DNA from: Acidimicrobiaceae bacterium
GTDB lineage: Bacteria; Actinomycetota; Acidimicrobiia; Acidimicrobiales; Ilumatobacteraceae
Direction: 5' to 3'
Assembly (NCBI GenBank): GCA_020637295.1
Contig: JACJWF010000004.1
Span: 170,228-234,227, forward strand
DNA: 64,000 nt
In this document: one piece after another, positions 28,316-35,357 of the stretch
How the letters are laid out: each line of letters begins with the position of its first letter
Position numbering within the stretch: the stretch's first letter is position 1
Notes under the pieces: generated by a model
The model's input: the letters and a program-made list of their open reading frames with translations, nothing else
Database searches by the model: none
What the model was told of the DNA's origin: nothing
Program-made: the position numbers and the translations under genes

Positions 28316-29275
28316 ATGTTCAGCGACGCACGGTTCCGGGCCATGGGCTCCGACGTGCACCTGGTGGTGCACGGCAGCCAGGCGCTGGTGGATCTGGCCG
28401 TCACCCGCCTGGCGGCCCTTGAGGCGGCATGGAGCCGCTTCCGGCCGGACAGCGAGATCAGCCGCCTCAACGCCGGTGCGGGCCGCTGGCTGGAAGTGTC
28501 TGCCCCGACAGCATTGCTGCTGCAGCGGGCCGTCGAGGGCTGGCGGCTGACCGGCGGGGCGTACGACCCGCTGCTGCTGCACGCCCTGCAGGCGGCGGGC
28601 TACGACCGCTCGTTCGAGGCACTGGACCCTGCGCTCCCTGCAGTTCCGCCGGCCCGCTGGTGGAACCGGCCGCTGCCTCCGGAGATCGAGGTGAACGGCA
28701 GCGCGGCCCGCATCCCCGCCGGCGCCGGGTTCGACCCGGGCGGGATCGGCAAGGGCCTGGCAGCCGACCTGGTGACGGCCGACCTGATGGCCGCCGGCGC
28801 GGTGGGCGTGTGCGTGTCCGTCGGCGGCGACGTGAGGGTGCGCGGCACGGCGCCGGGCGGCACCCCCTGGACGATCGCCGTCGAGCACCCGCTGGCGGCG
28901 GCACCGGTGACCCTCGTGGGGCTGTGGGACGGCGCGCTCGCCACGTCCAGCGTGCTCCGCCGGGTGTGGCAGGCGGGTGGCCGGCCGCGACACCACATCA
29001 TCGAACCCGACACGGGTGTGCCCGCACGGACCACCGCCGACCTGGCCAGCGTGATCGCCGGCGACGGGTGGCTGGCCGAGGTGCTCACCAAGCCCGTCCT
29101 GCTCCGCCCGGCCGACCGCCGCTTCGACAACGTGCCGAGCGGTTGCGCGGCGCTCGCCGTGGTAGCCGACGGCACCGTGGCTGCCACGGCATCGATGAGC
29201 CGATTCACCGGGGGCGCCCTCGTCCCCACCGTTCTGCGCTCCGTCGAGCGCACGCATCCAGGAGGTGCACGATGA
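28316..29275 (+). CDS. apbE: ApbE-family FAD:protein FMN transferase, with no signal peptide or lipobox
   Basis: MFSDARFRAMGSDVHLVV...EISRLN...GAYDP...DPGGIGKGLAAD...HHIIEPDTG. The N-terminus starts directly in the conserved core. Confidence 0.75.
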   Translation: MFSDARFRAMGSDVHLVVHGSQALVDLAVTRLAALEAAWSRFRPDSEISRLNAGAGRWLEVSAPTALLLQRAVEGWRLTGGAYDPLLLHALQAAGYDRSFEALDPALPAVPPARWWNRPLPPEIEVNGSAARIPAGAGFDPGGIGKGLAADLVTADLMAAGAVGVCVSVGGDVRVRGTAPGGTPWTIAVEHPLAAAPVTLVGLWDGALATSSVLRRVWQAGGRPRHHIIEPDTGVPARTTADLASVIAGDGWLAEVLTKPVLLRPADRRFDNVPSGCAALAVVADGTVAATASMSRFTGGALVPTVLRSVERTHPGGAR

Positions 29276-29610
29276 ACGAACCGTTCGATTCCTCCCGCTG
29301 GGATCCGCCGTACGGTCGGGTGCCGGTGTCAGCGGCGCCACCGGCATTCGACCGGCGCCCGCGGCGACGCCCGTGGCGGACTGCCGCTGCGGGCGCCGTC
29401 GCCGCCGTCTCCGGTGCGGCCGTCGCCGTCGCCGTGGTGGCGGTGGTGGCCCCGACGTTCGCCGACGACGGGCACGACGACGACGGCGTCAGCATCGAGT
29501 CGCACCACGGGGCCGAGCACGACGAGGCGGAGCACAGCGTGACCCGCTCGGCGGCGCCGACCCCGGCCCAGCCGTCGGCCCAGCCGACGACCGGGAGCCA
29601 CAGCAGTTGA
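29272..29610 (+). CDS. Small bitopic membrane protein with a His/Asp/Glu-rich exterior tail
   Basis: GGAGG Shine-Dalgarno (SD) sequence 6 nt upstream and ATGA overlap with apbE. Arg-rich N-terminus (RRPRRRPWR), one TM (AAAGAVAAVSGAAVAVAVVAVVAP), then DDGHDDDGVSIESHHGAEHDEAEH. 112 aa. Confidence 0.55.
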   Translation: MNEPFDSSRWDPPYGRVPVSAAPPAFDRRPRRRPWRTAAAGAVAAVSGAAVAVAVVAVVAPTFADDGHDDDGVSIESHHGAEHDEAEHSVTRSAAPTPAQPSAQPTTGSHSS

Positions 29611-30170
29611 GCCGTCAACCCCTCGCGCCCACCCGTGCCGCCCTCGGCAGCCGCCGGCTGTCCGCGCTGGCGGCCGCCTCCCCGCTCGCCGCGGTCCTGC
29701 TGGCTGCCGCTGCCGGGTCCGGCACGGGTGGGCCGTCCACTGCTGCCGGCGCGGCTGGCGACACTGCATCCGGCGTCGCTGCGCCGGCCATGACTGCGGC
29801 GGTGCCCACCGTTGCGCCGTCGCCGACCACCGCCCCGTTGGCAGCGGCAGCGCCAGTCACCGAGCCTGCGCCCACGTACGCCGTGTGCTCGAACTGGTAC
29901 ACGGTGGCGGCGGGCGACTCGTGGTACGCCATCGCCTCGGCTGCATCGGTGACCGCCGACGAACTGCTGGCGCTCAACGGCGGCGACGGCGCCGCTGCCT
30001 TGTATCCAGGCGACGAGATCTGCCTCCCCGCCGGTGCCGTCGTGACCACCACGACGCCGACCACCGTGGCAGCCGCCGCCACGGTGCCTGCCACCCCGGC
30101 CGCACCAGCCACCACCGCCGCGCCCGCGGCGCCGACGACGACGCCGCATACGGTCAGCGCCAGCAGCTGA
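29607..30170 (+). CDS. Secreted LysM-domain protein with no catalytic domain
   Basis: TTG start in a TTGA overlap with the previous stop. Tat-like leader GSRRLSALAAASPLAAVLLAAAAG. LysM domain YTVAAGDSWYAIASAASVTADELLALNG. Thr/Pro/Ala-rich tail. Confidence 0.6.
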   Translation: MSRQPLAPTRAALGSRRLSALAAASPLAAVLLAAAAGSGTGGPSTAAGAAGDTASGVAAPAMTAAVPTVAPSPTTAPLAAAAPVTEPAPTYAVCSNWYTVAAGDSWYAIASAASVTADELLALNGGDGAAALYPGDEICLPAGAVVTTTTPTTVAAAATVPATPAAPATTAAPAAPTTTPHTVSASS

Positions 30171-30173
30171 ACG

Positions 30174-31427
30174 TCAGGCGGCGTCGGCCACCATCGTGGC
30201 CCACCACCGCCGGATCTCGTCGGCATGGTGCCCAGGGAGGACGACGAGGTGGTTGCCGAGCGGCCGGCGGAGCAGTTCACCGGCGGCGTGTTGCGGCACC
30301 ACCACGTCCAGTTGGGTGCGGCACCGGCCGTGCCGGGGGTCGGTCATCAGCGCCTGCCCGTCCGTGACCCACAGGTGCTCGAGGCAGCGGCCGCCGAGGC
30401 GCACCACGGTCGCCGGCCCGGCAGCGAAGTGGCCGTTGATGCCCACGCCGATCCCGCTCTCGAAGTGGGTGTCCAGTTCGAAGCTCTCCACCAGCGACAG
30501 CGGCACCGTGCAGTGGGCCAGTTCGATCCTCCCGGTGGCCTCGTCGATCGCCGCCGGGTTGGCCATCCAGCCGATCCGGCCGATGAGGTGCCGAAGCCAC
30601 AGCAACGCCACCGTCGCAGCCACGTCGCCCTCGCACCCGGCCACGATGCCGTGGTCGTTCAGCGATGACAGCGCCAGGCAGCCGGATGTGTGGGCGTCGG
30701 TGACCAGGTCGAAGCACCGCACCGTGACCGCGTCGTACGCGCCTGCCGCGACCACCTCGCGCAGCACCGGCTCGAAGCGGCCGGCGGTCTCCACCTCCGC
30801 GGGGTGCGGCTCGTCGTCGTGGCGGCGGGCACGCAGGCGCACGGGCTCGGCGATCGGTGCATCGATGTTGTCGACGAAGCGGTCCATCACCGGGGCCAGC
30901 GGATGGTCCACGAGCGTCACGCCCCAACGCTCCTGGACGGCCGTCGCGTCGGGCACCGACGCCACCAGCCAGTCGCTGGGCGTGCCGACCACGCCGAGGC
31001 GGGCACGGTGCAGGCGGTGCCAGACGGCGATGTCGTGGATGGCCGCACGCAGTGCATGACCGTTCGGTGGGTCGGTGGGCAGGGGCACGTGGAGCATCAG
31101 GATGCGCCCCCGGGCCCCGTCCATCTGCAGCCGGGCCAGCACCTCCAGCGCGGCCGGCAGGGAGTTCTGGCCAGGATGGGTCAGCAGCAGCAGCGGCTCG
31201 CCCGGAACCAGTTGCTGGCGGGCCTGCCAGGCCTGCAGCACGTGGCGCTCGCTGCCGCCGGTGAGCACGAAGACGGCCAGCGGCAGCCGCGGGTCGGCGG
31301 CCTCGATGGAGCCGGCGACCTCGGCGCCCACGGCGGCGAACTGCGGCCGGAAGGCGTCGACGACGGCATCGACGGCAGCCATGTCGTGCAGGGCGGATGC
31401 GGCGGTGAGCACGGTGCACGTCGTCAT
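30174..31427 (-). CDS. Putative sugar isomerase (L-fucose/L-arabinose isomerase-like family)
   Basis: 417 aa. The GCEGDVAATVALLWL block and overall layout are reminiscent of FucI/AraA-like proteins. The assignment is tentative. Confidence 0.4.
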   Translation of the reverse strand: MTTCTVLTAASALHDMAAVDAVVDAFRPQFAAVGAEVAGSIEAADPRLPLAVFVLTGGSERHVLQAWQARQQLVPGEPLLLLTHPGQNSLPAALEVLARLQMDGARGRILMLHVPLPTDPPNGHALRAAIHDIAVWHRLHRARLGVVGTPSDWLVASVPDATAVQERWGVTLVDHPLAPVMDRFVDNIDAPIAEPVRLRARRHDDEPHPAEVETAGRFEPVLREVVAAGAYDAVTVRCFDLVTDAHTSGCLALSSLNDHGIVAGCEGDVAATVALLWLRHLIGRIGWMANPAAIDEATGRIELAHCTVPLSLVESFELDTHFESGIGVGINGHFAAGPATVVRLGGRCLEHLWVTDGQALMTDPRHGRCRTQLDVVVPQHAAGELLRRPLGNHLVVLPGHHADEIRRWWATMVADAA

Positions 31428-31540
31428 ACCGGCATCGCACCATTCGCAGCGCTGCGGGGACTAGGGCATGTGGTCCCCGTGGCGGGGGACCGAGTACCAC
31501 CCGCCGCCGGCCGCTGCCACACTGCCGGAAAAACCGAACG

Positions 31541-31578
31541 GGCCGACCCCAGAGTGTGTTCGTGAGCCAGGGTCGGCC
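31541..31578 (-). terminator. Possible intrinsic terminator downstream of the DJ-1 gene
   Basis: 9-bp stem GGCCGACCC/GGGTCGGCC with a 20-nt loop. On the minus strand it is followed by CGTTCGG then TTTTT. The U-tract is 7 nt away from the stem, so this is weak. Confidence 0.3.
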
Positions 31579-31674
31579 AGGTGGCGACGGACCGGTCAGA
31601 GTTGCGCCACGACGTTCAGTTGAGAGTGAAGTCGCCGGACCCGCCCGTCGAGTTCCCGGGTTCTCGAAAATCTT

Positions 31675-32313
31675 CTAGCGCCCCAGCATGCTGTCGTACA
31701 TCGCCCGCACGGTGGCGGTCACGTGGGCCGGCGCGCAGCGGGGATGGCCGCTCTGGAACGGCGGGGCTGGGTCGTACTCCATGTCCAGCTGTGCTGCCTG
31801 TGCGTACTCGGTGGTGCTCAGCCGCTCCAGCAGGCGCAGGCCCATATCGATCCCCGCGGACACCCCGGCAGCCGTCATCACCTTGCCGTGTTCGACCACC
31901 CGCTCCTGGGTGGGGATGGCGCCGTAGCGGACCAAGTCGTCCATGCAGTACCAGTGGGTGGTCGCCCTCACGCCCTCCAGCACCCCGGCAGCGCCGAGGA
32001 GCAACGACCCTGTGCACACTGAGGTGGTCCATGTGGTTGTGCGATGTATCGCCCGGATCCAGTCCACCAGCGGTCCACCCTCCTCGGCCATCGTGATGGC
32101 CGCCAAGCCGCCGGGCACCAGCAGCACGTCCAGCGCGTCGATCTCGTCGATGCTGCGCGTCGCCATCATCGTGAACGAACCGCCGTTGCCCACTGGGCCG
32201 GCCTGCTCGGCGACGAACGCGAAGTCCGCTCCCGGCACGCCGGCCACCGAGTGGTACGGCCCGATGGCATCGAGCGCGGTGAAGCCGGGATACAGGAGGA
32301 TGGCGATCTTCAT
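31675..32313 (-). CDS. DJ-1/PfpI-family protein
   Basis: MKIAILLYPGFTALDAIGPY...LLVPGG...SVCTGSLLLGAAG (nucleophile Cys), 212 aa. ATGA overlap with the upstream ABC ATPase gene. Confidence 0.85.
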   Translation of the reverse strand: MKIAILLYPGFTALDAIGPYHSVAGVPGADFAFVAEQAGPVGNGGSFTMMATRSIDEIDALDVLLVPGGLAAITMAEEGGPLVDWIRAIHRTTTWTTSVCTGSLLLGAAGVLEGVRATTHWYCMDDLVRYGAIPTQERVVEHGKVMTAAGVSAGIDMGLRLLERLSTTEYAQAAQLDMEYDPAPPFQSGHPRCAPAHVTATVRAMYDSMLGR

Positions 32314-33101
32314 GTGGGTTCCTTCGGTGTGGTGGAGAGCGGGGCGAACGTCAGGTGCAACGCACCGGTGAGCGGGTGTGTGCCGACATGGACACGCACC
32401 CGGAACACGTCCTCGATGAGCGCGGGTGTCAGGACGTCCGCCGGTGCACCAGTCACCACTGCGTGCCCACCTCGCATGACGGTGACGCGGTCGCAAACGG
32501 CCGCGGCGTGGTCCAGGTCGTGGAGCGCCACCACAGTGGTGAGACCGGCGTCGCGGACCAGTCCCAGGAGCTCGAGTTGGGCGTGGACGTCGAGGTGGTT
32601 CGTCGGCTCGTCAAGGAGCAGCACGGGCGCCTGCTGAGCGACGGCGCGGGCCAGGTACACACGTTGGCGTTCGCCGCCGGACAAGGTGGCTACCATCCGC
32701 CTGGCAGCCCACGTCATGCCGACCTCGGCTATGGCCGCGTCGACGAGCCGGTCGTCCTCTTGCGCGTAGTGGCCGAACAGCCCGCCGTGCGCCGTGCGGC
32801 CCATCGCCACCGTGTCGCGGACGGTGAAATCCAGGTCTGCCGTGGCGTCTTGGGTGACGACCGCCCGCCGATGGGCCGCAACGCGGGCCGACAGGTCGCG
32901 CCAGAGATCGGCACCTCCGAGGAGGACGGTTCCAGCAGCGGGGCGCAGCGCCCGGTACAGGCAGCGCAGCAGTGTGCTCTTGCCCGAGCCGTTGGGCCCG
33001 ACGAGTCCGTGCACCTCGCCCGGCGCGACCACCATGGTCGCGTCGTGGACGATCACGACATCGTCGATGGCGAGCCGGACCCCGCGCACCTCGACGTTCA
33101 T
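32310..33101 (-). CDS. Iron-siderophore/cobalamin-type ABC transporter ATP-binding protein (FepC/FecE-like)
   Basis: GPNGSGKSTLL, LSGGERQRVYLARAV, LLLDEPTNHLD, 263 aa. Confidence 0.85.
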   Translation of the reverse strand: MNVEVRGVRLAIDDVVIVHDATMVVAPGEVHGLVGPNGSGKSTLLRCLYRALRPAAGTVLLGGADLWRDLSARVAAHRRAVVTQDATADLDFTVRDTVAMGRTAHGGLFGHYAQEDDRLVDAAIAEVGMTWAARRMVATLSGGERQRVYLARAVAQQAPVLLLDEPTNHLDVHAQLELLGLVRDAGLTTVVALHDLDHAAAVCDRVTVMRGGHAVVTGAPADVLTPALIEDVFRVRVHVGTHPLTGALHLTFAPLSTTPKEPT

Positions 33102-34114
33102 GCCGTTCCCTTCGATGCACGACGCATGAGCGCGAGGAAGAACGGGGCGCCGAGCACGGCGGTGAAGATGCCCACCGGATACTCGTTGGGGCGGTCGAAG
33201 ACGCGGCTCAGCAGGTCGACGAGAACCATGAAGGACGCCCCGCCGAGCGCGGCCACCGGCAGGACTCGTCGGTGGTCCGGGCCGACTACCAGGCGGGTCA
33301 TGTGCGGCACGAGCAGTCCGACGAAGCCGATCCCGCCGGCCACCGCGACGGCCGTCGCCGTCAGCAACGAGGCGGCGACCAGCAGTTCGATGCGGAACCG
33401 GTTGGTGTCCACGCCCAGGCCGCTGGCGGTGTCGTCGCCGGTGGTCATGACGTTCATCCATCGCCCGCGGACCACCAGCCACGCCGTGGTGAGGACCATC
33501 ACGACCGTGGGGATTCGCAGGTCGTCCCATCCGGCCCCGGCGAAGCTGCCGAGCATCCAGAACATGGTGCCGCGCAGCTCCAGCGGGTTGACCTGCAGCT
33601 GGACCAGTGAGGTGAGCGCAGTGGTCAGGTAGCTCACCGCCACCCCGGCAAGGACCAGGCGGGCGGGGCCGATCCGCCCTGCCCGCTGGGCGAGTGTGAA
33701 GACCAGGATGAGCGTGATCGTCGCCCCGGCGAAGGCGGCCCCGCTGATGCCGAGCCCTCCGAGCGCCGACGAGCCGAGCAGTACGGCGAGCACTGCGCCG
33801 AACGAGGCGCCGGAGGACACGCCGAGGACGTACGGATCGGCGAGCGGGTTCCGGGCCAGCACCTGCAGCGCAGTGCCGGCGACTGCCAGCCCGCCGCCGA
33901 CGACGGCGGCCAGCAGCACTCGAGGTGTACGGAACTGCCAGATGATCTGGTCGTCGCCGCCCTTGACCACGTCGCCGATCCCGAGATGGGACAGGACGAC
34001 CCGCCACACGGTCCCGAGCGGCAACGTGACCGTCCCGAACGAGATGCCGACCAGAACGCTGAGCGCGAGCACGATGGCCAGTGCGGCGACGAGCACCGAC
34101 AGGCCCTTGCCCAT
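33098..34114 (-). CDS. FecCD-family ABC permease
   Basis: RTPRVLLAAVVGGGLAVAGTALQVLARNPLADPYVLGVSSGA...RRVLPVAALGGA. 4-nt overlap with the ATPase gene. Confidence 0.85.
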   Translation of the reverse strand: MGKGLSVLVAALAIVLALSVLVGISFGTVTLPLGTVWRVVLSHLGIGDVVKGGDDQIIWQFRTPRVLLAAVVGGGLAVAGTALQVLARNPLADPYVLGVSSGASFGAVLAVLLGSSALGGLGISGAAFAGATITLILVFTLAQRAGRIGPARLVLAGVAVSYLTTALTSLVQLQVNPLELRGTMFWMLGSFAGAGWDDLRIPTVVMVLTTAWLVVRGRWMNVMTTGDDTASGLGVDTNRFRIELLVAASLLTATAVAVAGGIGFVGLLVPHMTRLVVGPDHRRVLPVAALGGASFMVLVDLLSRVFDRPNEYPVGIFTAVLGAPFFLALMRRASKGTA

Positions 34115-34154
34115 GACGAGGAAGGGCCGCCGGTCGGGAGTCGGACGGACGGGC

Positions 34155-35306
34155 TCAGCCAAGCGTGGCGATGGCGTCGGCGATCCGCTGGATGGCAATC
34201 GCGTTGTGCGGCCCGAGGTAGGCGCTCTCCGCCACGGTCGTGTACGTGCCGGACTTGGCGGCGTCCCATTGGGGGTACATCGCGAAGATCTGGGCAGCGT
34301 ACGCGGCGGCATCCTCGCCATCCATGAACAGGCCGATCACCAGCACGTCGACGTCTGCGGCAGCCAGTGCCTCGGCGCTGATGTTCGATGAGTCGTTGAA
34401 GGTGGCGAAGTCGGGGAACGCGTTCACGCCGCCGGCAGCCTCGATGATCGAGTCGGTGAAGGGCCCGGCGAACACGCCTGGGACACCCGTCTGGTCCATC
34501 ATCGACATGCCGGGATAGGCGAGCAGCACGTGGACGTCGCCGCCGCTTGCCGGCGGCTGGATGGCGGCGATGGCCTCGCGGGCGTGCTCGATGACGTGGC
34601 CGGCTTCGTGCTGCACGTCGAAGATCAGCCCGAGCTCCTCGAGCAGCTCGAAGGACGCCTCATACGTCTGGTTCTCGTTCTTCGCCACGTCCTCGGGGCG
34701 CGGGTCGGTCACGCCGAACGCGCAGTTCACCGGTGTGACATAGCTGTTGATGCCGGCCTCGGCCAGTTCGTCGCGTGTGGCCAGACCCATCTCCGAGGAG
34801 AATCCGCCGGACCAGGTGCTGACCACCAGGTCGGGCTGGAGCGCCAACACCTGCTCACGCGGCACCTCGTAGTTCTCGTTGAGCGTCATGCCACCGTTGG
34901 GGATGGCCATGATCTGCTCCAGCATCCCGTCCACGTCCGAGACGCCGTACATCTGGCTGTTGGCCAGGATGCGGTCCTCGATGCCGAGCGCAATGAAGCT
35001 CTCCACCTCGGCGACCGATGTGCCGTTGAGAATCACGACCCGCTCCGGTGCCTTCTCGAAGGTGACTTGGCGCCCGCAGTTGTCGATGGTCAGTGGATAC
35101 TGGGTGCGCTCGCCCCCGTGCTCCACCGTGTCCGGCACCGTGGTGTCGAGGCCCGTGGTGGCGGGCGTGGTCGTGTCAGGCGCGGCGGCCGTGGCGGCGA
35201 CCGTCGTGGGCGTTGCGGTGGTGGACGCGTCGTTGGTGTCGTCGCCACAGGCAGTGACGGCGACGAGGAGCGCGGCGCAGAGAAGTGATGATCTGGAGAG
35301 GTTCAC
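34155..35306 (-). CDS. ABC substrate-binding lipoprotein (iron-siderophore/B12 periplasmic-binding family)
   Basis: Lipobox LLVAVTACG, a Thr-rich linker, and blocks typical of a class III substrate-binding protein (ERVVILNGT...PDLVVST). Confidence 0.75.
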   Translation of the reverse strand: MNLSRSSLLCAALLVAVTACGDDTNDASTTATPTTVAATAAAPDTTTPATTGLDTTVPDTVEHGGERTQYPLTIDNCGRQVTFEKAPERVVILNGTSVAEVESFIALGIEDRILANSQMYGVSDVDGMLEQIMAIPNGGMTLNENYEVPREQVLALQPDLVVSTWSGGFSSEMGLATRDELAEAGINSYVTPVNCAFGVTDPRPEDVAKNENQTYEASFELLEELGLIFDVQHEAGHVIEHAREAIAAIQPPASGGDVHVLLAYPGMSMMDQTGVPGVFAGPFTDSIIEAAGGVNAFPDFATFNDSSNISAEALAAADVDVLVIGLFMDGEDAAAYAAQIFAMYPQWDAAKSGTYTTVAESAYLGPHNAIAIQRIADAIATLG

Positions 35307-35357
35307 GGCGTCCTAGTCGCCGCAGTCGCCGGTTTGGTTCCGCAGATTCTGAGCAGG

